Source: Terriglobia bacterium
Lineage (GTDB): Bacteria > Acidobacteriota > Terriglobia > JAJPHL01 > JAPKYU01
DNA: 64,000 nt
Reading direction: 5' to 3'
NCBI GenBank assembly: GCA_965223005.1
Contig: CBDCVK010000010.1
Location: forward strand, 1,440,001 to 1,504,000
Made by a program: the position numbers and the translations under genes. This document shows positions 19,426 to 30,070 of this stretch, piece after piece. Numbering within the stretch: the first letter of the stretch is position 1; every line of letters starts with the position of its first letter. Under the pieces are notes generated by a model, which worked only from the letters and a program-made list of their open reading frames with translations, did no database searches and was not told where the DNA came from.

Positions 19426-20583
19426 ATGTGGGAGCGAATCCGGGAAATCGTTCGCAAAGAGCTGCTCCAGGCGCTGCGGGAGCCACGCATGCGGGTTGTC
19501 TTGGTCATCCCACCCCTGATCCAGTTGATCATCTTTGGCTACGCGGTCAATCTGGACGTGGAGACCAGCCGCCTTGCCTGGATGGACCGGGATCGGACCC
19601 CGGCCAGCCGCGAGTTGTACGAGGCCTTTGCCGGCTCGGGGCGGTTCCAGATGGTGGCCACACCCTCCCGCGAGAGCGAAGTCGAGGACTTGCTGGATCA
19701 CGGCCGCGTACATGCGGTGGTCCGCGTGCTTCCCGGGTTTGGCCGCGACATCGCTCGCGGCAAGACCGCCGGGGTGCAGGTTTTGATGGACGGCAGTAAC
19801 TCCAATACTGCCTCCATCGTTTCCGCCTACACCTCCGGTGTCATTGCCGCCTACGGCAACCGAGTCCGGGCACGGCAACAGAGGGCGCGGCTGGTGGCCC
19901 GCACCACTCGCGACGGCGAACCTGTCGCCGCCGCCCCGCCGCCGCTGGAGATCCGAAGTCGAGTCTGGTTCAACCCGGACTTACGCAGCCGGAACTACTA
20001 CGTCCCGGGGGTGGTGATCAACATCATCACGCTGGTCACAATCATGCTGACGGCCATGGCCATCGTTCGCGAGAAGGAGATCGGCACCATGGAGCAGCTG
20101 CTGGTGACACCGATCCGCCCGGTGGAACTGATGATCGGCAAAACGTTGCCGTTTGCCCTGGTGGGTCTGTTCGATCTTGTCCTGGTCACGGTGGTTGCCC
20201 TGGTCGTGTTTCGCATTCCCTTCCGGGGCAGCCCGCTGCTGCTGCTAGCGAGCGCTATGCTGTTCCTGCTGACCACGCTGGGCATCGGACTGTTCCTCTC
20301 CACCATCTCCCAGACGCAACAGCAGGCGATGATGGCCTCGTTCTTCTTTTTCATGCCCGCCTTCATGCTCAGCGGCTTCGCCTTCCCCATCCGGAACATG
20401 CCCGTGCCGGTGCAGCTGCTCAGCTATCTGAACCCGCTACGGTATTTCATGGAAATTTCCCGCAACATCTTCCTGAAAGGAACCGGGATTACCGTGCTGT
20501 GGCCGCAGATGCTGGCCCTGCTGGTTTTCGGGGTCACTATCCTGGGTCTGAGTTCCCTCCGCTTCCGCAAGCGCCTGGATTGA
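19426..20583 (+). CDS. ABC-2 permease (YbhR-like)
   Basis: Start MWERIREIVRKE at 19426 (ORF-track start 18907 overlaps the previous gene); IVREKEIGTMEQL, NPLRYF. Confidence 0.92.
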   Translation: MWERIREIVRKELLQALREPRMRVVLVIPPLIQLIIFGYAVNLDVETSRLAWMDRDRTPASRELYEAFAGSGRFQMVATPSRESEVEDLLDHGRVHAVVRVLPGFGRDIARGKTAGVQVLMDGSNSNTASIVSAYTSGVIAAYGNRVRARQQRARLVARTTRDGEPVAAAPPPLEIRSRVWFNPDLRSRNYYVPGVVINIITLVTIMLTAMAIVREKEIGTMEQLLVTPIRPVELMIGKTLPFALVGLFDLVLVTVVALVVFRIPFRGSPLLLLASAMLFLLTTLGIGLFLSTISQTQQQAMMASFFFFMPAFMLSGFAFPIRNMPVPVQLLSYLNPLRYFMEISRNIFLKGTGITVLWPQMLALLVFGVTILGLSSLRFRKRLD

Positions 20584-20645
20584 AAAAGCTCTTCTCCCAC
20601 CGTGTGCACGCGGCATTCGCGTCGTACTGCCTACCGCCTACTGTT

Positions 20646-22154
20646 TCAGTAGAAGCTGCTTTCGCGCTTTCGGCCGGTGTAATCCACGTAGACCGCCTTC
20701 AGCTCGGTGAAGAAGTCGATGGCCACACGGCCCTGCTCACGCAGGCCAATTCCGGTGCCTTTGATGCCGCCGAAAGGAACATGGGCTTCGCCGCCGGTGG
20801 TGGGCGAGTTGATGTGGATGACTCCGGTTTCGACGCGGTCCACGAAATCGAAGACGCGCGCGACGTCTTGGGTGTAGATGGAGGAGGAGAGGCCGAAAAC
20901 GACGCCGTTGGCCACTTCCAGCGCCTCGCGGTAGTCCTTCACCCGGATCACAGAGAGCACCGGCCCGAAGATCTCCTCCTGGGCAATGCGCATCTGCGGC
21001 CGGACGTGGTCAAAGACGGTCGGGGCGATGAACCAGCCCCGGTCGCTGGCACCGCCGCGCAGACGGTCGCCGCCACACAACAGTTTGGCTCCTTCGCCGC
21101 GACCGATTTCCAGGTAGTTGAGCACGGTCTGGAATTGACTCTCATCCACCGCCGGCCCGACGTCAACGTCTGGCTCAGAGCCGTCGCCCACGCGCAACTT
21201 ACGGGCTCGTTCCACCACGCGGCCGACGAATTCCTCAGCCACCTCCTCGACGACAACCGCCCGGCTGGTGGCCGTGCAGCGCTGGCCGGTGGATCCGAAG
21301 GCGCCCTGCACGGTGCTTTCCACCGCCAGTTCCAAGTCGGCATCCTCCAACACCACCAGCGGGTTCTTGCCGCCCATCTCACACTGGCAGGGGAGCTGGC
21401 GCCGCGCGCCCTGGGCGTAAAGCCGGGTGCCGATCTCGTTTGAGCCTGTGAAGCTGACCGCCTTCACCGCCGGGTTTTCGACGAGCTCGTCGCCCACCTG
21501 GCTGCCCGAGCCTACCACCAGGTTCAGCACACCTGCGGGCAGTCCCGCCTCCACGAAGCAGTTCACCAGCTCCATGCCCAGGAACGGGGTGAGGCTGGCG
21601 GGCTTGAAGACCACGGTGTTGCCCGCGACCAGAGCCGGGGCAATCTTCCACGCCGGGATAGCCACTGGAAAATTCCAGGGGGTGATAGCGGCCACCACTC
21701 CCAGCGGGTGTTTCACCGTGTAGCAAAAGTTCTTCGGCAGCTCCGAGGGCAAGGTGTCGCCGATGATGCGGCGCGACTCGCCGGCCATGTATTCCAGCAC
21801 GTTGATCGCCCGCAAGAGTTCACCCAGAGACTCCTTCACCGTCTTGCCTTCTTCGCGGGTGAGGGCGCGGGCCAACTCATCTTTCCGGTCGGTCATGATC
21901 TGGGCTGCGCGCGCAACGAACCGCCCGCGCACCGGGGCAGGGGTCTCGCGCCAGGCGGGAAAAGCCGCGGCCGCCGCCTGGATGGCGGCCTGCGCCTCTT
22001 CTCGGGTGGCCAGCGGGATCACGCCCACCAGATCATCGAAATTGGCGGGATTGCGCCGCTCCAGACTCTTGCCGGACGCAGATTCTTCCCAGCGCCCACC
22101 GATGAAATTCTTGGCTCGGGCGACTTCTCGCTCTTGCTTCGTTAGAACACCCAT
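20646..22154 (-). CDS. NAD(P)-dependent aldehyde dehydrogenase (KGSADH/YcbD-like)
   Basis: [41 protein letters not shown]; AAGGAGG precedes the ATG at 22154. Confidence 0.93.
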   Translation of the reverse strand: MGVLTKQEREVARAKNFIGGRWEESASGKSLERRNPANFDDLVGVIPLATREEAQAAIQAAAAAFPAWRETPAPVRGRFVARAAQIMTDRKDELARALTREEGKTVKESLGELLRAINVLEYMAGESRRIIGDTLPSELPKNFCYTVKHPLGVVAAITPWNFPVAIPAWKIAPALVAGNTVVFKPASLTPFLGMELVNCFVEAGLPAGVLNLVVGSGSQVGDELVENPAVKAVSFTGSNEIGTRLYAQGARRQLPCQCEMGGKNPLVVLEDADLELAVESTVQGAFGSTGQRCTATSRAVVVEEVAEEFVGRVVERARKLRVGDGSEPDVDVGPAVDESQFQTVLNYLEIGRGEGAKLLCGGDRLRGGASDRGWFIAPTVFDHVRPQMRIAQEEIFGPVLSVIRVKDYREALEVANGVVFGLSSSIYTQDVARVFDFVDRVETGVIHINSPTTGGEAHVPFGGIKGTGIGLREQGRVAIDFFTELKAVYVDYTGRKRESSFY

Positions 22155-22294
22155 TGCTGCCTCCTTCGCTCGTCGGTGCGTAGGCATCGACAGGCTTCAG
22201 CCTACCATGGCGCCTCAAATGGTAACGCTAAGTACCGGTCGCAACCCTGGGCTGGACTGCGGTAAAGGCCTGGTCTCCACGTCTGCCTTCGAGG

Positions 22295-22451
22295 ATGCGC
22301 GCGCGCCAGCTGCACCGCGGTCTCGTTGGCCTCGCTATTGGTAAAGAATCGGTGCCGCTAATGGCAAAGAAATTGCAAGCTCCTACTAATAGTGCGCCGG
22401 GGAGGGAAACAGATACGCTTGATGTTTGCGGTACAGACCTTCCCGGGTCAT
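22295..22451 (-). pseudogene. Remnant of a class III aminotransferase
   Basis: Minus strand from ATG 22451: MTREGLYRKHQAYLFPSPAHY**EL, then in another frame FFTNSEANETAVQLARAH, close to the FFTNSGTEANETA motif. Confidence 0.7.
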
Positions 22452-22580
22452 CGAAACCGGCCCAATATACCACAGTGGGAGCCAGTGGCCGCGCTGACAC
22501 ACCCGCTGCCCGGCCGAAAGAGCCGAAAAAGCGGGCGTGCTAGTATAGGAACTGATTTCGGCTTTCGAAAGGGAGACTGG

Positions 22581-24314
22581 ATGCGCTGGAGCCAGCTTTT
22601 CATCCCCACCCTGCGGGAAAATCCCGCAGACGCGGAGATTGCCAGCCACAGGCTGCTGCTGCGCGCCGGCTACATCCGACAGCTGAGCGCCGGCATTTAC
22701 AGCTATCTCTACCTGGCGCAGCGCTCTCTGGCCAAGATCGCCCAGATCGTGCGAGAAGAGATGGACCGCATCGGCGCACAGGAGTTCTACCTACCGGCAT
22801 TGCATCCGGCCGACATCTGGCAGCAAACCGGGCGCTGGGAAGAGATGGGCCCAGCGATGTTCCGGCTGAAGGACCGCGGTGACCGGGACCTGTGCCTGGG
22901 GATGACCGAGGAAGAGGTGATGACCGACATCGCCCGGCGGGAGCTGCGCAGTTACAAGCAGTTGCCGCAAATCTGGTACCAAATCCAGGCCAAGTTCCGC
23001 GACGAGCCCCGGCCCCGCTCCGGCTTGTTGCGCACTCGCCAGTTCACCATGAAAGACTCCTACTCCTTTGACCTTGATGAGGCCGGGCTGGAGGTCAGCT
23101 ACCAGAAGCACCACGAAGCTTACTGCCGCGCCTTTGATCGCTGCGGGCTGAAGTACAAGGTGGTGGAGGCGCATTCGGGACCGATGGGCGGCAGCCAGTC
23201 GCACGAGTTCATGGTGCTGTCCGACGCCGGGGAGGACCAGTTGGCCGAATGCGGTAGCTGCGGTTACGCGGCCAACCTGGAGAAGGCGGTGTCGCGCCTG
23301 CCCGCCATCTCCGATGCCGAAGGTCCGGCGGCCCCGGAACCCTTTGCGACGCCCGAGCAGAAGAGCATCGCTGAGGTTAGCGCCTTTGATGGGAGGCCGG
23401 AAGCCGCGCACATCAAGTCGCTGCTCTTCCTCAGCCGCGATGCCCCGGTGATCGCGTTGCTGCGGGGCGACCACGAGCTGAGCGAAATCAAGCTGACCGG
23501 TTTGCTAGGGGATCCGCGCATGCGTCCTGCGCATCCCGAGGAGGTGAGCCAATACACTGGCGCGGGACCCGGCTCGATTGGTCCGGTGGGCCTGAAGGGC
23601 GTGCGCATCCTGGCTGATACAGCGCTGGAGGGACGGCGCAATCTGGTGGCTGGCGCCAACCGCGACGGTTACCATCTGCGCGGCGTCACCCCGGGTCGGG
23701 ATTTTCGAACAGAATTCCACGACCTGCGGGTGGTTCGCGCGGGCGACCCGTGCGCTCCCTGTGGTGAGCCTCTCCGTGTTTCCCGAGCCATCGAGATCGG
23801 GCACATCTTCAAGCTGGGCCGCAAGTACTCGGAAAGCATGGGCGCGCGGGTGCTGGACGCCTCTGGACAGGAGATCGTGCTGGTCATGGGTTCCTACGGC
23901 ATCGGCATCGAGCGCATTCTGGCAGCGGCCATCGAGCAGAATCACGATGCCGATGGCATGGCTCTGCCCGTCTCCATCGCCCCCTTTCACGTGGTGATCA
24001 CACCGATCAATGCTTCCGACCCGACCCTGATGGGCATCGCGGAAGAACTCTACAGGGACATCCTGGAAGAGAAACTGGAGGCGGTGCTGGATGATCGCGA
24101 CGAGCGCCCGGGCGTCAAGTTCAAGGACGCCGACCTGATCGGCGTCCCTTTCCGGGTCACGGTAGGGCGCAAGGCACCCGGAGGGTTGGTTGAGGTGCTG
24201 CTGCGCTCGACACGAATTAGCACCGATGTTAAAATTGCCGAAGCGTCGGCATTCCTGCGCGATGCCTGCAGGAAGCAGTGTATGCGTACCGAGGCGTGCC
24301 AGGAAGCCGGTTAA
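22581..24314 (+). CDS. proS: Proline--tRNA ligase with editing domain
   Basis: MRWSQLFIPTLRE, KFRDEPRPRSGL, MKDSYSF, IEIGHIFKLG, MGSYGIGIER, GVKFKDADLIG. Confidence 0.97.
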   Translation: MRWSQLFIPTLRENPADAEIASHRLLLRAGYIRQLSAGIYSYLYLAQRSLAKIAQIVREEMDRIGAQEFYLPALHPADIWQQTGRWEEMGPAMFRLKDRGDRDLCLGMTEEEVMTDIARRELRSYKQLPQIWYQIQAKFRDEPRPRSGLLRTRQFTMKDSYSFDLDEAGLEVSYQKHHEAYCRAFDRCGLKYKVVEAHSGPMGGSQSHEFMVLSDAGEDQLAECGSCGYAANLEKAVSRLPAISDAEGPAAPEPFATPEQKSIAEVSAFDGRPEAAHIKSLLFLSRDAPVIALLRGDHELSEIKLTGLLGDPRMRPAHPEEVSQYTGAGPGSIGPVGLKGVRILADTALEGRRNLVAGANRDGYHLRGVTPGRDFRTEFHDLRVVRAGDPCAPCGEPLRVSRAIEIGHIFKLGRKYSESMGARVLDASGQEIVLVMGSYGIGIERILAAAIEQNHDADGMALPVSIAPFHVVITPINASDPTLMGIAEELYRDILEEKLEAVLDDRDERPGVKFKDADLIGVPFRVTVGRKAPGGLVEVLLRSTRISTDVKIAEASAFLRDACRKQCMRTEACQEAG

Positions 24315-24334
24315 GGCAAACGAGGGGTCAACCT

Positions 24335-24706
24335 ATGAGCAAGCAATCTGGAATGGCCACCTTCAAGGCCGTGGTCGCGGTGGCGGTATTTGCGGCCGTC
24401 GTCTACCTGGGAATCAAGCTGGTGCCTCCCTGGGTGAACAATTACCAGCTCCAGGACCACATCACCTCGCTAGCCCGCAGGGCCACCTACGGTCAGGGTG
24501 TAACTGAAGAAAGTATTCGCAAAGACGTCCTCAGCAAGACTAAGGAGCTTCGCATGCCGGTGAAGGGCGAGCAGATTAGGGTGGTCAAGAGCACCTACGG
24601 GGTGAACACTGACGTGAAGTACAACGTGGTGGTGAAGACGCCGGCCTACACCTTCAACCTCAAGTTCAACCCGACGGCTGGCAACAAGATGATCACCGCA
24701 AAATGA
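24335..24706 (+). CDS. Small membrane-anchored protein, DUF4845-like, with a prepilin-like N-terminus
   Basis: MSKQSG|MATFKAVVAVAVF..GIKLVPPWVNNYQL. Confidence 0.6.
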   Translation: MSKQSGMATFKAVVAVAVFAAVVYLGIKLVPPWVNNYQLQDHITSLARRATYGQGVTEESIRKDVLSKTKELRMPVKGEQIRVVKSTYGVNTDVKYNVVVKTPAYTFNLKFNPTAGNKMITAK

Positions 24707-24771
24707 CGGCCGAGAGCGCGCTTCGGCTATGAGTAAGATAAGAAGGGAGCCGGCGAGGGAGACCCAACCGG

Positions 24772-27372
24772 ATGCGGGGCCCCGGTTGCCGGCTGGAAGT
24801 GAATTTGCGAGTCCACTTTAAGAAAACCCGCCTGGCCCGCATTTTCCTGCACCCGTTCACCAAGGTAGTGCTGACTCTCGCCCTGCTGTTGGCAGTGTGC
24901 GGAGCCTCCGTCTTCGGCTACTACTATGTGCGGTTCGCCAAGCTGATTGACCGGCGGTTAGACGGGGACGTGTTCGCCCGCACCTCGAAAATCCATGCCG
25001 CTCCAGAGCTGCTTTTCGTGGGACAGGAAATTCAGGTTGCCGAGCTGATCAACAAGTTGCGCCGGGCAGGCTACTCCGAGGATGAAAGCAGCACGTTGGG
25101 CTGGTACCGGCAGGTGCTGGACGACGTTGAGATCCATCCCGGTTCAGACTCCTACTTCCGCGACGAGCCAGCCCGGATCCGCGTGGCCGACGGCAAGGTC
25201 CAACGTGTCCTCTACCTGAAGGGCAACATCGAGCAGCAATTTTACGAACTGGAGCCCGAGCTCATCACCAACCTGTTCGACCGTTCCCGGGCAAAGCGGC
25301 GGCTGGTACGGTTTGAAGATTTGCCGCCCCACTTGGTGAACGCGATCCTGGCCGCCGAAGATAAGAGCTTCTTTCAGCACCCGGGGATTGATTTTCTGCG
25401 CGTCCTGAAAGTGGCCTACGAAGACATCCGTACCAGGACGCTGGCGCAGGGTGCCAGCACCCTGACCATGCAACTGGCCCGCAGTTTCTTCCTGACGCCC
25501 GCGCGCACCTTCAAGCGGAAGATGGCGGAGGTCATGATTGCCCTGCAGCTCGAACGGCGGCTTACCAAGCAGCAGATCTTCGAGTTTTACTGCAACCAGA
25601 TCTACCTAGGACAGCGGGGCAGCTTCAGCCTGCACGGGATGGGAGAAGCCTCGCTGGCTTATTTCGGCAAAGACGTGCACCAGCTCACTTTGCCCGAAGT
25701 AGCCTTCCTGGCGGGCATTATTCGGGGACCCAACCTCTATTCGCCCTACCGCTACGCGGAGCGGGCCACAGAACGGCGGAACCGCATCCTGGATGCTATG
25801 GTGCGCAACGGCGCCATCAAGCCCGAGCAGCGCGACACGGCGGTCGAAGCGCCGCTTGGGATACTTCCCCCCTACGTGGAAACCGGCGACGCGCCCTACT
25901 TCGTGGACCTAGTACGCGAAGAGTTGCTGGCTCGCTATCCCGAGAAGGAGCTGGTCACCCGCGGCTACCGCGTCTACACCACACTGGACATGAACCTGCA
26001 GCGGGCCGCCGACGAGGCGGTGCGCGAGGGCATGCAACTGGTCGACGAGCAGCTCTCGAAACGGAAAACGAAACAGCCTTGGCCGCAGGCCCAGACGGCC
26101 TTGGTGGCCATAGACCCGCACACTGGCGACGTCAAGGCGCTGGTGGGCGGGCGCTTCTACGGGGCCAGCCAGCTCAACCGGGCGGTGGCGCAACGGCAGC
26201 CCGGCTCGGTTTTCAAACCCTTCGTGTACGCCAGCGCCTTCAGCTCTGCCCTGAACGGCTTCCACCCGGTCATCACGCCAGTCACGGTGATCGACGACAC
26301 CCCGACAACTTTCCTCTACGAGGGCGGTGTTTATGAACCGAGCAATTATCGGGCGAAGTTCCATGGCCAGGTCACAGCCCGCAAGGCGCTGGCGCTGTCG
26401 CTCAACGTAGCCACGGTAAAGATTGGGGAAATGATCGGGTTCGACCGGGTCACCCAGCTCGCGCGCCAAGCAGGCCTGAAGACTCCCCGGGCGACACCTT
26501 CAGTGGCGCTCGGATCCTACGAGGCGTCGCCGCTGGAGATAGCTGGTGCCTACACCATCTTCGCCAACGGCGGCGTACGTGTGAATCCCACCCTGGTGCG
26601 AATGGTCAAGAGCGACAACGGCGAAGTCATTGAACGGGGCCGGAACTGGCAACAAAAGGTTCTGGATCCACGGGTCGCCTACCTAATGACCCAACTGCTG
26701 CAGGGCGTCGTCCGATCGGGAACCGGGGCCGGGGTGCGGAGCCGAGGGTTTCGAGTCCCGGCTGCTGGCAAGACCGGCACGTCTCACGACGGATGGTTCG
26801 CCGGATACACCTCCAACTTGCTCTGCATCGTCTGGGTCGGTTTTGACAACAATCAGGAACTGCCGCTGAGCGGCTCGCGGTCGGCCCTGCCCATCTGGAC
26901 CGAATTCATGAAACGCGCCGCTTCCCTGCCCCAGTACCAGGACATGGTCGCCTTCCCCGAGCCGCCGGGCTTGACCTGGCGGGAGGTGGATCCTGTCTCC
27001 GGTGAGCTGGCCACGGCCTTCTGCCCCCAGCGCCGTCCGGAAGTGTTCCTCGAAGATACGCAACCAACCGAAGCTTGCTCACTGCACACGATCCAGAGGG
27101 TGTCGCGTCCCGGCTTCCTAACCAACCCCTTCGGAATCGGCGTGCGTCCCCCTGGTCGCCAGCCAGCCCCTGTCCCTTCTCCGCAGCTTGCCCGCCCGCC
27201 TGCCTCTGCCCCTCCGGCCAGCAGCGCTCCCACCAGCCAGGCCTCTCCAGTACTGGATACAGCCGAGCCAAACAAAAAAGAACGCGGTTTCTTTGGCAAA
27301 GTTTTCGGGGTTTTCAAAGGCAGCGGCAAGGATCGCCCGGACAAAGGACAGGCAAGCTCCGAAAACCAATAG
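24772..27372 (+). CDS. Class A penicillin-binding protein (PBP1B-like); start may be GTG 24799
   Basis: AAEDKSFFQHPGID, QGASTLTMQL, RQPGSVFKP (SxxK), SLN, GKTGT; Pro-rich tail. Confidence 0.93.
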   Translation: MRGPGCRLEVNLRVHFKKTRLARIFLHPFTKVVLTLALLLAVCGASVFGYYYVRFAKLIDRRLDGDVFARTSKIHAAPELLFVGQEIQVAELINKLRRAGYSEDESSTLGWYRQVLDDVEIHPGSDSYFRDEPARIRVADGKVQRVLYLKGNIEQQFYELEPELITNLFDRSRAKRRLVRFEDLPPHLVNAILAAEDKSFFQHPGIDFLRVLKVAYEDIRTRTLAQGASTLTMQLARSFFLTPARTFKRKMAEVMIALQLERRLTKQQIFEFYCNQIYLGQRGSFSLHGMGEASLAYFGKDVHQLTLPEVAFLAGIIRGPNLYSPYRYAERATERRNRILDAMVRNGAIKPEQRDTAVEAPLGILPPYVETGDAPYFVDLVREELLARYPEKELVTRGYRVYTTLDMNLQRAADEAVREGMQLVDEQLSKRKTKQPWPQAQTALVAIDPHTGDVKALVGGRFYGASQLNRAVAQRQPGSVFKPFVYASAFSSALNGFHPVITPVTVIDDTPTTFLYEGGVYEPSNYRAKFHGQVTARKALALSLNVATVKIGEMIGFDRVTQLARQAGLKTPRATPSVALGSYEASPLEIAGAYTIFANGGVRVNPTLVRMVKSDNGEVIERGRNWQQKVLDPRVAYLMTQLLQGVVRSGTGAGVRSRGFRVPAAGKTGTSHDGWFAGYTSNLLCIVWVGFDNNQELPLSGSRSALPIWTEFMKRAASLPQYQDMVAFPEPPGLTWREVDPVSGELATAFCPQRRPEVFLEDTQPTEACSLHTIQRVSRPGFLTNPFGIGVRPPGRQPAPVPSPQLARPPASAPPASSAPTSQASPVLDTAEPNKKERGFFGKVFGVFKGSGKDRPDKGQASSENQ

Positions 27373-27450
27373 AAGATTTGGCGTTAGAATAGATTTAAAA
27401 GCGCCAAGCGGAAGCGTCACAGCCATTCGCCGCGCGGCCGGGGTTCGCTT

Positions 27451-28302
27451 ATGACGTGCATAGACCGAAGTTGGATTTGTATAAGCCGGGGTTGGATTTG
27501 CCTAAGTTGGCTGAGCTTGTTCGCTCTAGGCGTGGAGACGGTCGGGGCGCAGACGCAAGCCACTAGCGGGTCGGAACGCCGGGTCCCGGCAGCCGCCCAG
27601 AGCACCCCGACAAAAGCAAAAGCGCCGACCGACGACCTCCGGAAGATCGAGAGATTCGGCGACCTGCAGATGGCCCGCAAGCATTACCGTGGGGCCATCC
27701 CCTATTACGAAAAGACGCTGAGACTGCTGGAACCGAAAATTGCGGTGCTTTACAACAAGATCGGCATCGCCTACCACCAGCAGCTCCAGTTCGACATGGC
27801 CAAGAAATACTACGCGATTGCCATCAAGGAGGACAGAACCTACGGAGAAGCCATCAATAACCTGGGGACCGTCTACTACGGCCAGAAGAAGTACAAGTCT
27901 GCTATTAAGCAATACAAGAAGGCGCTGGGAGTGAAGCCCAACTCCGCCTCCATTCATAGCAACCTGGGGACGGCCTACTTTGCGCGGAAAAAATATGACC
28001 GAGCCCTGGCTTCCTATCGCAAGGCACTGGAACTAGACCCCGAGGTGTTCGAACGCCGCTCCACCTACGGGGTCCTACTCCACGAGCGCGCGGTGGAAGA
28101 TCGTGCGCGATTCCAATACTTCCTGGCCAAGACCTACGCCGCCGCCGGGGTGCTGGACCGGGCATTGCTGCATTTGAGAAAGGCGATGGAAGAAGGTTTC
28201 CGGGATAACGGCCAGATCGCGCGAGATCCAGCCTTTGCGGAATTGATCACGACCGAAGCCTATGCACAGTTGATGGCCAACCCGCCCGCACCCTTGCCCT
28301 AA
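27451..28302 (+). CDS. Secreted TPR protein
   Basis: Signal-like N-terminus; TPRs (LYNKIGIAY, AINNLGTVY, IHSNLGTAY). Confidence 0.85.
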   Translation: MTCIDRSWICISRGWICLSWLSLFALGVETVGAQTQATSGSERRVPAAAQSTPTKAKAPTDDLRKIERFGDLQMARKHYRGAIPYYEKTLRLLEPKIAVLYNKIGIAYHQQLQFDMAKKYYAIAIKEDRTYGEAINNLGTVYYGQKKYKSAIKQYKKALGVKPNSASIHSNLGTAYFARKKYDRALASYRKALELDPEVFERRSTYGVLLHERAVEDRARFQYFLAKTYAAAGVLDRALLHLRKAMEEGFRDNGQIARDPAFAELITTEAYAQLMANPPAPLP

Positions 28303-29791
28303 TCGGTGCCCTTGCCCCAATAGGCAGCAACCCTCTCGGCAACGGACGGTTACCCCCCTGCCCGCTTCCCCTCCTCGGAAACAACAGTCCCCGGACAGAG
28401 GGCTGGCGGAAGTCCCTCCTGCCCAAGGCGGCATTCTCCACCAGGGTTTCGCACCCAATTCTCTGTGTCGCCTGTGAAACAGGGCTGGCTGAAAACACAT
28501 CCGTCCTGCAAATAGGGACTTGAAGAGAAATGTCGGCGAAGGTGCCCCGGTTCGGCTGGCCGCTGGCGATTCCCAACTTCGGCGCGGGTTGAAGCGAAAC
28601 GACGAAAACGCGGGTGTCCTGGCGCCAGTCGGCACTGCGATAGTAGGTGAGCAGGCAAAAGTTCAGCAAAAGAAGGACGCAGGCGACAGGACGCGCCCGA
28701 AACAGCGCTGCCACAATCCAGCAGAAACCCACCGCAGGCAAATAGAGATAGCGCTCGGCGAAATAGTTGGCCCCTACCACCCGGAAGGGGTAGAGGACGG
28801 GCACCAGCAAGAGGACAACCCAGAGCCCGGCGAACCACAACCCCTGGCCACGCCACCGGAGCCAGGCGGCCGCCCCGGCCAGGCAGGCCACTAGCGCCGA
28901 GCACAATAAGAATCCCCAGTTGGGCAGGGAGCTGGCAGGATCCAGCATTCCTTGCAGCTGGCCTTGTAGTTGGCCCCCCAAATGGCCTCCCAGATGGAAG
29001 GGTGCCGGAGCCACCAGCCTGCTCAGGTAGATTCCGGTCAGATACACAGTCGAGTAAACGTGAGAACTGAGCGACTGTGAGAACGGATTGGTCACCATCA
29101 CCAGCCCACCGAGCGCCCAAGTGCGCAGGGCGAAGTAGATGGCCAGTGGCGCCAGGTGGTAGAGGTAGGCCCGCCCCCCACCGGGCTTGCGGAACCAATG
29201 CTCGTAGACCACCAGCAGTGGCAGCAACATCAGCGCCGTTTCCTTGGATAGCAGGGCGAGCAGGGCCACAGCGGCCGACCAGACCGGGCGGCCCCGAACG
29301 TAGAGGTAAACCGACAACAGAAAGAAGAATGCGTAGGACAGCTCAGTGACGGCTGCAATCCAGGCAATGGCTTCAGTGTGAACCGGATGAACGGCGAACA
29401 GCAGCGCGGCCAACAGCGCGGACGGTCCGGCGCACCACGCCGCCCCGAGGGCTCTCCCGAGGTAAAAAACCAGAAGTGAACAACCGGCATGGAATAAGAG
29501 ATTGGCTGCGTGAAACCCGGCCGACTCCAGCCCGAACAGTCCATAACAGGCCATGTAGAGCAGGTGCATCATTGGCCGGTAGTAATTGCTCTTCTCCTCC
29601 GGGCCGCGAAACGACCAGACATGGCTGGAAAAAATCTGGCCCAGGGAACGGGGGCTGCGAAGGTAGGGGTTGTTCAGAACCTGGGACAGATCGTCGGAGA
29701 CAAAACCTTTGTCAAGCAGGCTCCAGTGAAGGGCAACGGCCAGCAGGACGATAGCCACAGGCGCTGCCCAACGCGCGATTCCCAGGCGCAT
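28247..29791 (-). CDS. TMTC/GT-C-like polytopic membrane protein, apparently lacking its TPR C-terminus (possible pseudogene)
   Basis: FVSDD, YYRP, FHAANLLFH, LFAVHPVHTEAIAW, LLSKETA, FAERYLYLP, RSADW; sequence after about 28580 looks non-homologous and overlaps the convergent gene by 56 nt. Confidence 0.75.
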   Translation of the reverse strand: MRLGIARWAAPVAIVLLAVALHWSLLDKGFVSDDLSQVLNNPYLRSPRSLGQIFSSHVWSFRGPEEKSNYYRPMMHLLYMACYGLFGLESAGFHAANLLFHAGCSLLVFYLGRALGAAWCAGPSALLAALLFAVHPVHTEAIAWIAAVTELSYAFFFLLSVYLYVRGRPVWSAAVALLALLSKETALMLLPLLVVYEHWFRKPGGGRAYLYHLAPLAIYFALRTWALGGLVMVTNPFSQSLSSHVYSTVYLTGIYLSRLVAPAPFHLGGHLGGQLQGQLQGMLDPASSLPNWGFLLCSALVACLAGAAAWLRWRGQGLWFAGLWVVLLLVPVLYPFRVVGANYFAERYLYLPAVGFCWIVAALFRARPVACVLLLLNFCLLTYYRSADWRQDTRVFVVSLQPAPKLGIASGQPNRGTFADISLQVPICRTDVFSASPVSQATQRIGCETLVENAALGRRDFRQPSVRGLLFPRRGSGQGGNRPLPRGLLPIGARAPIRARVRAGWPSTVHRLRS

Positions 29792-30020
29792 CGTCCTATT
29801 CTACGATCCGAGGCGACCAAACGGGAGTCGAGCTTGCTTCCGCACAGGCTGAGCTACAAAGCTTCTTCACGGCGATGAAGTTCTCGCCAAGGTGGTGTCC
29901 AGCGCGCCGGCGAGGCTTTCAGAATTGCTTCGCTCGCGAGCCGACCGACCCGTGTCCGCCTGCAAACGCTCTGGGCCTGCAAGCGCCTTGGGAAAGAAGG
30001 TAGCCGGAGACAAAGAAGGG

Positions 30021-30070
30021 AGCACTTCTATTTGTAGAATTCAACACATTCTACATTTGTGCTATATAAT
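30021..30070 (+). promoter_or_regulatory. AT-rich palindrome adjoining a TATAAT -10 box upstream of dnaB
   Basis: TGTAGAAT-N7-ATTCTACA (30033-30055), flanked by AGCAC/GTGCT; TATAAT at 30065-30070. Confidence 0.5.

Noticed and set aside
22455-22580. T-box riboswitch before proS
   Set aside because: No GGTGGTACCGCG-type T-box or terminator is visible.
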